The notes beneath the pieces were generated by a model. It worked only from the letters and a program-made list of their open reading frames with translations. It did no database searches and was not told the DNA's origin. Positions 48,447 to 61,300 of a stretch of 64,000 bases of DNA are shown in pieces. The stretch's first letter is position 1. The number at the start of each line of letters is the position of its first letter. Source of the stretch: Lingula anatina (lineage: Eukaryota; Animalia; Brachiopoda); NCBI GenBank assembly GCA_051362555.1, contig CM120646.1, forward strand, positions 15,314,001 through 15,378,000. Direction: 5' to 3'. The position numbers were made by a program, and so were the translations under genes.

Positions 48447-51400
48447 ATGAGACGCAGATTATGTTTGCTAGCTTCCTGTATAGCAGCCACAGTGCTACCT
48501 CTTCTGATATATTGGAGTCGAGTGTCCAACAAGTTAATATTTCATGGTGCTGAAGGTAGGTAAATCTTTACATTACCAAAGCTCGTTAGGCAGTGATTGA
48601 CTGGTGTCTCATTCCCGAGGTAAGAGATGCAGTACAAATAGCTATATGTATGATTGAATTTATCTGTGATACTCGAGGATGTTGATTTGTAATACAAAAA
48701 ATAATGAAATCCAAAATTTTCCTTTAGTTCACTTTGGTTTTTTGAAATCAATTAAAATTGAATAACTTTCAAAACTTATATTATCTGAAAATGCTCTGTC
48801 AACAGAATTGGTTTCCAGCAGCATTCGAATCATTTTCGGTTTATAGTATTAAAGAATGATTTTCATAAACATTAAGGTTAGTTAAAATCAAACGTTTAAG
48901 TCCCCTTACGATAACTTTCTCAAATTCCAATGATACTGAGACGAGTACTTTCGGTCTTTTTAATGGGTCTGAACACGATTTGCCTTAATACTAAATAGAC
49001 TTAGACAGAATTGACGTAGACGCAAATTTGATGTTAAGTACTCTACGTCTTCTCATCAGAAGTCTATAGTACCTTAACAGACGTTTCTTTAATCGTCTTT
49101 TTAACCATCATAATTTTGTTTATCAAGAGTAAATGAATACTAAAGTATCAAGTACCAACTTTGCTGAGGATGGCATGAATCGGAAAATGTTCAAATATTT
49201 TACACAAAAAGGTGGTTTATCACTTTCTGTCACCAGACTTTTAGAAAAAGAATCCTACATTATATCTTCACCCTCACTTTTCACTTTTTATGTTTTATTC
49301 AAATGGACCTATATATTTAGAATCACTGATGATCTTTATTATGATGGTTCTACCACATCTTAAAAAAAGCTACGATAACAATAAATTACGATACTGGCAT
49401 GTGCTAATGTAATCTTTAGGGCCTAATGAAAACGTTTCCACACATGATGCTGCTAGTAATACACTTAATTTTCAACGCTGAATACTGTGTGACATGAAAT
49501 ATTGTAATATGTCCTGTTTGAAAGGCACATATGCTAGTTCAGATTGTAAAGATTTCATTTTCTAGCTTATCAATGCCTTTGTGATAGACGTTAGATATAT
49601 GGCGAGATTCTCTGTATATTTTCGGGATCTTTTTTATTGTTCAACCGCCTATTTTGGGGTTGGGCAGGTAAGCGGATATCACCAGTGACAATATGTCTTG
49701 GACGTGCGCGATATGGCCATGGAGAGGGAAATGAAGTTAGTCCTAATTAACCTAATATGACGCATGTGAAAAATTCTCCCATAGAGGGGTGGCAGGAGTG
49801 GCTTTTTGCATCTCTGTCGGATTTTCTCAATCAAGAGCCCCGTTCTAATTAAGCCTTGCTAGAAGGTAAAGCCCATCTTCGGGGATTTAGAATGTGGTAC
49901 ATATACGATTCTAATTCTAAATGAAATGCATTGTTTTCAATTATTTCACTTATTATCTTGGCTAGTTCATAACAGGTTTTGTTTATCATTATAATTTCAT
50001 TTGCAGATAAGCTCACAGAGGAAGAACGTTTGTTGGCGCTACAGGAAAATGATGCATTCAGCGTGACGCCTCAGGAATTTGACTCAGTTACAGTGGAGGC
50101 AAGGGTGAATGAACAGAAAAATCCTCGAACCATCGGGGACCTCACAAAGAATCATGACCACACAGAAGCAAGAAGCAGTTTATTTAATGCACCAAAGGAG
50201 AACACTGAGGACGAAGACCAGCCCAAGGACATTCCATCTCATATTGACATGAACAGTGTTGAAAAGGTAGACCGCAAGAAAAACGACAAAGGCAACGACG
50301 ACGCTTTTGGGCAGTTGAATGTAAACATTTCCGAGGAAAACAACAATGCTTCAATCTGGGAAAACGGCAGTGATCATTTGCTCACAAGGAAAAACGACAA
50401 AGTTTTTGAAAATTCCATGACAGGTCGTAAAGACATCACAAACAGGTCGGTAACTCTAGGTAGGGATCAACGTCGCAACGAGTTGTATGAAATGGCCGAA
50501 ATTCAGACGCGACCCAGGAATACCTCATATCGGGTTCCAGCTGTACCATGTGTGCCTCAATCTGGCGCGTGCAAACCACACAGATCCATCGTGTTCCTCA
50601 AGGTTCACAAGTGCGGCTCTGAAACTCTCAGACGCGTCCTTCAACGAGCGAAAGATAAATACAAGCTAAGGCAACTTTATCCCAAGCACGGTGGCTTTTT
50701 CTACGAGTGGGAGTCTCCAACAAATATGAACCCAAGAAAAATAACTCGCCAAGATGCAGATTATCACAGTGGCATCACATACGAGGTAATTCTGAATCAC
50801 ATGATCTTCGATTATGATGTAGTACGATCTATGATGCCAAACCATACTTTTTATTTGGGACTGGTTCGAGAACCTTTCTCACACTTTAAGAGTGCTTTCC
50901 ATTATTACAAAATAGCTCAAAGATTACATATGCAAGACAACGACCCAGTGGCGGCGTTTTTACGGCAACCAAACAAATATTGGACAAACATACCGAAAAG
51001 GAATTATCGGAGTTTCGTAAGAAACGGTATGATTTTCGAGTTTGGGTTCCCTGACGACAGGGAAGATTTGAGAAATAACGACACCTTTATCTCAGAATAT
51101 ATTGATTTTTTAGACAAGACATTTGATTTTGTGATCGTCATCGGAATGTTAGACGAAAGCTTAGTTCTGCTGCGTCGTATGCTTTGTTGGGAAATGGAAG
51201 ACATTTTGTACACAACCACAAATAAACGCAAGTACAATTATAAAAACCTCTTCGATAGTGACTTGGTCGAACTGCACAAAAAATGGAGCAAGGCTGATTA
51301 TAGACTGTATGAGCATTTTGCTACGAAACTTCAAAACACCATCAAGTCTCAAGGAAAGGATTTCAAGCAGGAATTGTCTGTGTTTCGAGGGACACATAAG

Positions 51401-51499
51401 GTGCTGTGGAAATGTCATTCAGTTCGAGGTAAGTCCTCGCTGAATTGCGGTCCAGAAGAAAGAAACACTCTTAAATCTGAGTATTACACACGGTGTTGA
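48447..51499 (+). CDS. GAL3ST: Galactose-3-O-sulfotransferase family protein, type II membrane, ~533 aa
   Basis: Exon 48447-48555 encodes a signal anchor (MRRRLCLLASCIAATVLPLLIYW) and ends phase 1. Exon 50007-51499 encodes a long stem, the 5'-PSB motif FLKVHKCGSET, the 3'-PB motif LVREPFSHFKSAF, and LDESLVLLRRMLCW and DYRLYEHF. The first-exon assignment is inferred from phase and hydrophobicity. Confidence 0.88.
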
Positions 51500-52079
51500 A
51501 TCCATAAAAACAGTTTTCTATTCGTTGTTAAAGGGGGGGTGAAGTCTGAGGCTTAAGTTTGGGTTTGGGTTTTAAGGGTTTGGCTAAGCGTACATCTCAA
51601 GGATATATAAGACGAGAAATAACCCCAAGGATCGAAACTGGGACATTGCAACCTTTGTCTACAATGAGATAACTTTTATTTACAAGAGATTATCATGGGA
51701 GATAATTGACATGTGAATTTTCAAGGGCACATTTTGATGCCAATTGCTTGCTTCTATAAAAATCACTATAGGACATAAAATTTGAGGGGATGTATATTCT
51801 ACATTTGAATAAATGATAAACTTATACAGATATCTACATTGGTATCGTGTTTTTCTCTGCCATTAGTCGTCTTAGATAGCAGTAGTCTTAGATATGGAGT
51901 CTGGAATAAAAAAGCATCTTTACAAGACGGTTTACAGCTGCGACGCGATGAAATTTAAACAAAAACACATTGGATTGGAGCTGTGACAAACTTTTTGGTC
52001 AGTGGTGTAAATGGGTTTGACTCACAGCGCCAGTGTGACAAGAATGGCAATCCCAGGAGTGGAAGACCGGGATCCTACA

Positions 52080-52785
52080 TGACTAGTACAGGTGTTGGTT
52101 AAGCCTAAATTACATTTGCCATGGGCTCCAAGCGATGAAACCAAATACGATTTTCCGTACCAAAATCAACACAAAATTTTAACGAGATTAACTTCATTCA
52201 AGTTAAATGGTACTTATGGGTTTATCATTTTATGTGGAAAAGTAGGTCAAATGTCAAATTGCAAAGTCACATTAAGATGCCAAATATATGATTTCCGTTC
52301 AATAGCAACGATATGGGTGTATCTCTGCAAGTTTTCAAGATATAAGGGCCAGGTAATTTACAGACTTAATATAATTTCATGGTGAAAAAAGGTTAAAAGT
52401 CAATTTCAAGGTTTCATTAAGATTCCCAATTTATGACTTCCTATTCAAGTTCGATAGTAACTGTGGGTGTATCTCAGCCAGTTCTGGAGATATTATTTGC
52501 AAAGTTTAGTTTATGGCGAAAAGTAGGTCAAAGGTCAAATTCAGAGGATACCAATTTACCAGTGAATAGTGCTATATTGCATTCCTGTGTTGATGAAACT
52601 TTACTTTGGACTACACGGTCCAGCAGTGTATTCCCGTGTCAGATCAACGACGTGGAAAACGTCCAAAACGCAAACACTGACGCGACATACATGGCGACAC
52701 GTGTTTAAGAAGGGTGGTGCCATACCAAATATGGTGGGTGAAGTCAATGTGCACCGAGTGGTCCCCATGGAAGAATGAAAAAACA
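52080..52785 (-). mobile_element. Degenerate HINE/Helitron-like element with internal tandem repeats
   Basis: Begins ACTAGT (a CTAG 3' end on the - strand). Repeated units containing aaagtaggtcaaa(g/t)gtcaaatt and cattaagat.ccaa.t.tatga at ~52240-52340 and 52400-52545. Ends are poorly defined. Confidence 0.45.
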
Positions 52786-53262
52786 CATGTCTAAAACCAG
52801 CAAGATAAAACACATTTTCGAGAGAGTTAAATGTCTGGTATATTTGTTTAGGAATCAAAGAGAAAGTTAAGACAAGCGTCAATACCTAAATCCCTTAAAA
52901 TTATCCAAATAAATAATATTAAAAGAGTGCGTCCCCTCCAAAAATTGATTAAGCTTAATCTGTAAAAAAAACGACATATCACAACATTATACACTAAATT
53001 ACTAGTAATTATTCAAACTTTACCATTTACTCGGTTTTCTCAATAAAAATGCTAATATAGAACCTAAAGTAAAATGAAATAGCCCAGTCAAACATTGCTT
53101 GCATTTCAAAAAGTTATTGTTTTGTATGCATATATTTTCCATCTGGTAAATAATTGTAGGAACTAACGTCCTTCCTAGAACAATAAGGCACATATTTTAA
53201 CATTTTGCATCCGCAGATGATGCTATCTGCATAGGAGAAGCACATATCGATGTGACGGCACA

Positions 53263-56252
53263 TTATGAGTGGATGGCTGGTGACGGCAGACGTAAAATTG
53301 AGTGTAAAAATACTGATTTGTAGTATTCGCTCTTCAACAGAACCGAAAGTTGCCCTCCTGTTAACCTCATCAGATCACAGTAGCCCCTCTGGAGGGTAAA
53401 ACCACGTGTCCACTTGCACGCTGGGATATCCAGTGACGTAGGCGCATCACGTGACTGTTTGTCACAAAACCCTTCAACCTTTTTGATTACTAGCTTTAAA
53501 AAATTCACCTCTGCGGAGAATCCTGGGTCTTGGTCTTTCAGCAAATTTTCGAATTTTTTCTTGAAGTAATCATACAACATGTAGTCTGAATAGCTAAGTT
53601 TGCGATGGAGTTTACCTACCAATGGGTCGTTGTTGTTTTTTATGTACTTCGTATACTCGGCAGATTTGTCATCATGAATTTTTAGATATATGATATCCGC
53701 AATATCCCAGCAGAACTTACGTTTTATCATCACAAGACCTTCATCAAAGTATTCCATTAACAAGACATAGTCCAAGTCATTGTCTATTTGGTTTATCATT
53801 TTCATGGTTGATTCGGGTGTGTTGTCGTTTGATTGTATCGTAAATCCAAAATATTTTGTCAGAACGTTGGAAAATACACTGCCACTTCCGGATATCGTTG
53901 GTGAGCTAAGAAACTTTTTCAACTGATCCTGACCTCGAAGCCCATACTTTTTTCCAAGCTGCATAAAGTTATATTGAGATTTAAATTGACTGAGTGGTTC
54001 CCTTAGCATCACCATGTAAATCGTGTCATTTGGCAAAAGTTTTTGTGCGACTCGTTTATTAAAATATCCATGGTGGCTCATGATGTCAAACTTCTTCTCA
54101 CGATCGAAACCGGTTTTTAAAACATGTTGTCCTTGGTTTGTTTTGCCAAATGCAAATTCTCCAGGCGTGGGCAACGCAACTCGAAGTTGTTTACGAAATG
54201 CGTACCTGAGAAAGATTGTGGACATTGTCGTGGACCCCGTTTTCGGAGTTTTAAGGAAGAGGATGTGACTATGAGGATCACACGTCGTAGTTGAGCGGCC
54301 ATTTTTCTGCGCAGGCCATATTGTCAGTAATGTTCTCAGGTCGTGCATGACAGCATCAGGACCACTAGGGAGAAAAAAGAATATATGTAGTATTTTCAGA
54401 CTTATGCCCCATTTTAATAGTTTCAAAATGGTCTCATGAACATGCAAAGGGACTTCGTTATTCTGACTGTAAGGTCCTCATGCGTGCATCACTTCAGACT
54501 GACTTGGCAGCAGCCGGCGACATGAACATGGAATACAGTGCCGTTCATGCACTGTTGCAAAGAAAAGGAGGGATTGAGTGTTTTTAACTAGTAATTTCCC
54601 CATTTTAAGGGTATTGTAAGCCATTTTTATCCTTGAGATACCGAAATTAAGGTATTTCTGCATCTAAGTATTCAATAATGCAGCTATCTTTGTGCTGCTT
54701 TAAAACGATAAAAAAAACCCCTTGAATATGTAAAAGATCGGCGATAATATTTCTCGTTGCAATGTATAAGCATAGACAACGCAAAGCTTTAATCGCCAAT
54801 TTTGGGGTAGGATAGCAAACGGTATCAACCCAGAGCAAGATTTTATCACAAAAATTGGCACAGTTGACCCCGAGTGTATGGGCTACGATCTAGTGCCGTC
54901 ATTTGGTTTGAATGCTTTTGCTATGGAGTCATGAGCCCCTAATTAGAGATTTACATTAAACAAAGGCAGATAAAATTTGAACTAAGGCTTTTAAGAAATA
55001 TCGCTGGCAGGATTTGGAATACTTATTGGTGTCATTAAATATGCGATAAAACGGTGTTCATGGGTGCTCAGGTAAAGGAGAAATTTGAGAAACCGATTTT
55101 TCAATTTTTACCCCCAAATCGTAGTCCACTAGGAATACACATGTTGTACACCGCTCCCTTTTACTTTGTACAGGTGACATTCTTCTGAAATACCAACCCC
55201 AATACTAACCTAACCTGTACTTATCACGTGGGACCCCGGACTTCCATTCCTATAGAACTACCATTCCTGTCACACCGGTCAGCCAATCAAATTAATGCTC
55301 ATGACGTCACGCGCATGGACCTTGTATATATACTTAAGACAAACTGTCGTTAACTGGCAATCAGATTGCTTTTAATGGAAATCAAAATTCTACGATGACG
55401 TCAGGTGATCCTGTTTTTGTCTATGTTCATCCGGCTACGACCATTTCCACAATTGATATACCGGGTATTTTAATACTTCTTAAAAGAAGATTGTGGGATT
55501 TTCAATTCAAATTCCTGTTAAGCTGTTTTTCATTTTTTATTACTTTTACTGTCATATTCTTTATGTGCAGTATAAATACACTCGAATTCCCTCATCTTAA
55601 GTTTCCCAACGTATGAAATATTAATGAAAAATCGTTGAAAAATGCATGACTTTTAGAATCGTTATTGATATAAACATGCTGTATATTCATTGGTTTATGT
55701 TGTGTTAAGGTGACTAAATAAGACAGTCTAAATGTCATGAATTTCAATTTTGAAATATCTCAAAACTGTTCTGCACCAAACAATGAGATATTTCAAATGG
55801 ACAACAGATATTCATTAAGTCGATAAGTGGGTGTCACTGCCCGCATTATGATATCACGGAGATATATTGACTATTTACCCAGCAATTTTCAGGTATAATT
55901 ATGGAATGAGCCTTAACCTTGAGCGTCTCTTATAATATAAAGATCAATGCAAGTACAATGCACTATATACTAGTACGCTTATGCTTACCCAATTCAGTGT
56001 ACCCTTTTCATTAAAGCATATATTTCATGATGTATTGTAACACAGTTCAGCTGATTGATTTTCAAAACAAAATGAGAAACATTTATAATGAAAACCCACT
56101 TACTTTTCTAATTCTTCCAATTTCACTGGTTTCATAGCAGGTTGTGGCCTTTCCGTCAAACAAGTGGATTGATTTGCTACCAGCAGGATACTTAGTGCAG
56201 TAGCAATTACTATTAAAGTCGATACAAAAAACACTTTAAATATGAACGCCAT
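53263..56252 (-). CDS. GAL3ST: Galactose-3-O-sulfotransferase family protein, type II membrane, ~416 aa
   Basis: Exon 56252-56104 (MAFIFKVFFVSTLIVIATALSILLVA..., ends phase 2) splices in frame to 54364-53263. Motifs FLKTPKTGSTT, MLREPLSQFKS, EYFDEGLVMIKRKFCW, DYMLYDYF. Confidence 0.9.
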
Positions 56253-56499
56253 TTTTTTTCTTTGTAACTACTGTAAGACAGAAACGGGTATATTTATATA
56301 ACACATGGCATGCAAATTTACGCATGCGCTAAGGGGCGTGTATATACCAAAAAAGTGACACCCATAAATGAAGTAGAAAATCAAGTCATAAACCAATGCT
56401 CTCTTTTATTTTTCTTCTAGGGAGATTTTTTTACAACATTGCATTGATCGTAGACCCAATAAATAAGCTACCCATGGTAAAAAATCAAAGACATATTTT

Positions 56500-57320
56500 A
56501 GTATTTTGTACAATATCTACTGGGTTGGAGGACGCATCTGACGTGTCTGTGCTTGCGATCGTAAACTTTTGTAACGTTTGCAGGGTGATGGCGCTGCACA
56601 TACATGCACGGCGCAAAGATAGCATGATATCATTTTTTGCAGGTTTATCCTGCAGATATCTTCTTCAGAGTATAACACACACATCCTCAATACGATTCTG
56701 TTCTAAGGATTGCGCTAGTCACTGGGGGTCTGTATCTAGTTCACATATAACCAGCCTAATGTTGCATTGGCTTAAGTGGAGAACCATTATCGGTCAAAGT
56801 CCCCAAAGATGTTGTCTACAGCATTTCTTCAGTTCATTTCAAGTACTTGGATGCATTGTTCTGCGTTAAGTTTAACGTTCACCACCATCATCCCCATATC
56901 ATGATTGATATGTGTTTGCGTCCTGTCGACCAGAAGCAGACAGTTGGTAAGATGACTCTAACCAGCTGTTCTTCATTTCTTACGAGTCCATCACTTCTGA
57001 CAACGCTGTACCTGCATAAATCTGTGAACATTACCATAGCCCAGTTATTGGCTGCATGGTGTCCATGTCAGAATTTTGGTACACCGTATGACTCTACGTA
57101 GACGGTTCCTGGCGGTGGTCAATGTCCTCTTAACAGCAACCCTGCCAAAATAAAGGCGATGGTGCAGACGTATTATAAAGGTAAACTCACAAACATGGTT
57201 TGCCTTATTTTGGTTCAATATTGCACTCAATTTCCTTAATGCCTTGAAACGTTTTCAACGAGGAAGGCGTGTAAACAGTCTCTCTTCTCTGGATGAGGTG
57301 TCCTATTGGCCTTACCCAGT
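56500..57320 (-). mobile_element. Decayed Tc1/mariner-like transposase remnant
   Basis: Minus-strand fragments occur in Tc1 order with stops and frameshifts: NWAMVMFTDLCRYSVVRSDGLVR (cf. W..V.FTDESRF....DG..RV), SIMIWG, KLNAEQCIQVLE, DNGSP and *LAQSLEQNRIEDV (cf. WPAQSPDLNPIENV). TIRs not identified. Confidence 0.72.
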
Positions 57321-58328
57321 CTTGCTCATATTTATTGTGTTGTCTAACCCTCTGAATGATTCTCACCGAACAACCCAAACTTCTGGCAATTTAATTTTTT
57401 TCTGTGCATTTTAATTGATATATTTCTTTCTTTAAGATTACCTTCATGTATAAATTTATTAGCATTATATTAGTTGCGCCTGGCATTCAAGTTGCTTGTG
57501 TACAACTGTTAGAATAAAATATGACAAAACAAGTTATTGACAAAATAATTTGATACAGAAATTTTCAATCTAATAAGAAGAAAAATGAAAATTTGGAGAT
57601 AAGGAGCTCATGCACGTGTTCTTCATATTTTTGAATCAGCAATAAACACAGGTGCTCGTTAAAATTCTTTAAGTATCACTACCATTTTAGTGTCGTACAT
57701 ATAGCTAAAATGGTGCTCGTATTTCAATATTTCTTTAGCATAAACCGTCGTCAAAATTATTTAGTCCTTGCATAAACCAAGAGTCGAGGCGATAGCTCAG
57801 GAAAGATGAAGGAAACTTTCAGGTGGTTTATAACAACTACCAAAAGGCTTTATCAAATCAGTAACATATATTGCTATCGACAAAGCTGTAGTTTTGTGAT
57901 GAAGAGGGAGCATCGCATTTGTCCTTTTTAACTACAACTAACAAAGTAAACGTTAGCTGACCTCTTTTAGCACGTATAAACACATTACTCAACGTCACGA
58001 GCATCACGAGGTGCGATACCAACCACAGGGTTATACATAACTTCACTGATACGTGCCTCTAATAACAGTCGAACTTTCCCCTAGTCACATTGTTGGTGGG
58101 ATATATCAACACTCTAGTATCTCTACCGTATCTTTTTAAACCTATCAGTGGCTCTATCTTCAATTCAGTGTGTTAGATAAGACAAGATGATCGTCCTACA
58201 GTAGATATAAGAAGCTTATAAATACAGGAACAATTACTCATTCGAAACGTCCATCGCACCGCAACACGGAAGTGAATGCTATAAGACCCAGTTGCAATCT
58301 CCACAGCTCGTAAATAACACTGAAGGTG

Positions 58329-61300
58329 ATGGAAAAGAAAGCGCTATATTTAGATGACCCGAGCGCCCGCATAGCACAGGAAAAACATCGTCCGCGGAGG
58401 CCTGCCCGGTACTTGCTGGTAGCAATGAGTGTCACCCTGTTCCTCTTGGCGACGGTGGTGTTGGCAAACGGCTGCTTACGACTTCGCCACGATCAACAGG
58501 ACTCCAGCAGCAAAGATCTCGGGTCGGACCAATCCATCCCTGATCGATATGAGGGCTACAGACAGGTGATCCTGCAGTTTTTCAGCTATAGTGAAAAAGC
58601 GGACACGCAACATGGGAACGACGTTGGACTCATTTCCACTCAACATAAACCTATCGATAACGGCTTAAGTAGAATCGTTCCACAGCTCGATCAATTTATA
58701 GCCGAACCTGCGGAGAGGAGGGCACCAAAAATAGACTTCCAAGCTCAACGAAAAACCAAAGATCCCCTAACTTTTGCCAGGATAGAGTCGAATGCTGTGC
58801 GCTCTGTAGAAAACGACCTACCCCCGGGATGCTCCGTGCCAAACCCCAGTAAGATAGATTGTTACCCAGGGGGAGGGGCCTCGCAACAGGCATGTGAGGC
58901 CCGGGGGTGCTGCTGGGTACCCGTGAACCCAAATCCAGGTATTTTTTTTTTTATTTTTAATCGTTCTTTGAGAAAAAAAAAAGAGATATAACTGAAGTTC
59001 CCTGTAATGGCAAATCAAATTAATTAATTAATGCTACAGGTAGTAGAGGCGGTACACTTCTTAAATAAGTGGCTGGATTTGTGGTGATTTTTGCTTGTTT
59101 CAAATCTCTTATTTTCATACGTGTTTAACTTCACTGAATAAGAAATTGTGATATTAAAAAAATCCCTCAGTACTAGAATAGTAACAAGAGTAGAGTACGT
59201 TCAATAAATGTTTGATACTCTAATTGCTTGTCTCTTGACTGATAAACCCTTTTTTTTTTTTTTTTTTGACAACGTACCCCTAGCTCCTTATATAATATCT
59301 AATCTATTTATGACACACATTCATCTATAAAATGTAGGAAACGCGCCGTGGTGTTTTTACAAAGCCGACAATAACGCCACCTATTCCATGGGCCCTGTCG
59401 TCAAAACCCCTTTCGGCTTCTCGGCAAGTCTCACAAAACAGAAGAAATCCCAACGCTGGCCTAACGACATCCTCAGTCTCAAACTGGATGTTTATTTGGC
59501 TACGCAGAACAGGTTACACTTTAAGGTTAGTCTATTGTAATTTTTTATTAGAAAAATGTTATAAAATCCCACTTTTTTTTTTTTTTTTTAAGAGAGAGGG
59601 AGAGGGGGGGTCGAGGGACAATGGTAGGTACAATGTATAAAAACAAATAGACAGAGGGACGGGTGGAGAGGGGTTCAATGTAGATAAAGTGAGAACAAAC
59701 ACCGAAGTTATCTACCCAACGATAACACAAGTCATATGATGCTGTTCTCTGTCGTCACATTTACTTTCTATCACAGACAGGCGCCATCTTCTTATTCCAC
59801 CAGTAGCTGACATTTGGGGATATTTATAAAGCCCGGGCAGAATACAGCGGGATGCAGGGGTTTTGGTCAATAAATGACCCGTTGATTAGTCGCAATATTA
59901 TAGGACAGCTAGGTGATGGCAATTATTACATGAAAAAAATTCTTGCTAGCTTGCAGCAGAAAATATTTTAAGAATTAACCATAGATATATCTGTCAATAT
60001 CGGGTGAAAAATCAATATGTTGCCCTGGTAGACGGCACTTAACTGTGTAGAACCATTTTCTTTCTTCACTGTCATATGAGAAAAATGCCAGCAGAAGCCA
60101 GATGTTGTATTGTCAGGGTTCGGCTTGGAACCGGAATATTTAAAAATTCTAAAAAAGAAACAACGTTTTCCGCGATTAAAATACGAGTGCTTTTAGTTTT
60201 GAAATAATTCCATTGGAAAGTATTAAAGCCGCTTTATCAAACAGGGGTAGTTATCTCGTATCTCAAGTCGATAATGTTGGACAACATCACTGACCACTTT
60301 CCTTCTATCTTTACACAACTACACAATGTCTAGATATGTTTCTTGATGCCGTACCATCCTTTCCCCGGTAAAGATAAAATTTAATTATCCGTGAGGGCTG
60401 TCTGGATAAACGCGAGGTAGACGTCACGAGAAAGATACACCCAATGTTATATCCGCCTATCAGACTCGTTTTGATTGACCCTAGGATCGAGCTGAAAGGG
60501 AATTGCTTTCGAGAAAGTCAAGCTGGAGAGATAGACAGTTAATGACTAAAGATGAGAATTGTGTTACAGTGACTATATCAGTGGTCTAATTAGCCGAGAG
60601 ATTGGTTCCTTTATTTCCTACTTTTCAAAAACAATCTGCCTTAACATGAATAGCCCAAATATTTCAAAAATAGCAGAGATAAAATACTATTTATTAAGTA
60701 TATACTGTAGAATTCTTCAATGCTTTACACCTGCTTATGCCCCCTACCCCCCCCAAAAAAAAAAAAAAAGAGAGAGAGAAATATGTCGTTACTATCGATT
60801 TTTGCCCTTTTTAAATTCTAGATATATGATCCCAAAAATGAGCGTTATGAAGTTCCCATTCAAACCCCTCCCGAACCCAAAAGGGCCACAACCTTGGACT
60901 ATGACGTCACATTTAATAAGAATCCGTTTGCTATTATGGTGAAGAGGAAGAGCACGGGAACGATGATGTAAGTCTTGATTTTGAGAGAGTTCTAGTTCTT
61001 AGATTAATGATGCCGAATCTTCTCCGTATACATAATGTTTTACTTTTTATAGTGATTGTGAGTGTTCGAAATTGCTGCAACTTTTTTTCAAATAAAACGT
61101 CATCAGAAGACTGTCCATTAAATTAAATTTCGAAAGGTAATTCAGCACAATTCCGAAAAAATTCCGTCAATTATAATTTTCATAATTATCTAGTCATTAT
61201 TGTCATTCATAATTACATGACTTGAGAGCGAGTGGACAGTGGACAGAATATCGAATTAATCATGTACATTTTTATATTGAATTCTTTTTTTCCTAAATTT

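Noticed and set aside
49565-49667. Candidate first coding exon of the + strand GAL3ST (ATG 49599, donor CAG|gtaagc)
   Set aside because: It ends in phase 0 while the main exon needs phase 1. The 48447-48555 exon fits the phase and encodes a signal anchor. It might still be an alternative or UTR exon.
51421-51499. Donor-like GAG|gtaagt at 51429 implying a further 3' exon
   Set aside because: The unspliced frame continues to LKSEYY, matching the paralog's C-terminus, and I found no convincing downstream exon.
56396-56869. 157-aa plus-strand ORF
   Set aside because: It is antisense to the decayed Tc1 remnant and has no recognisable protein features.
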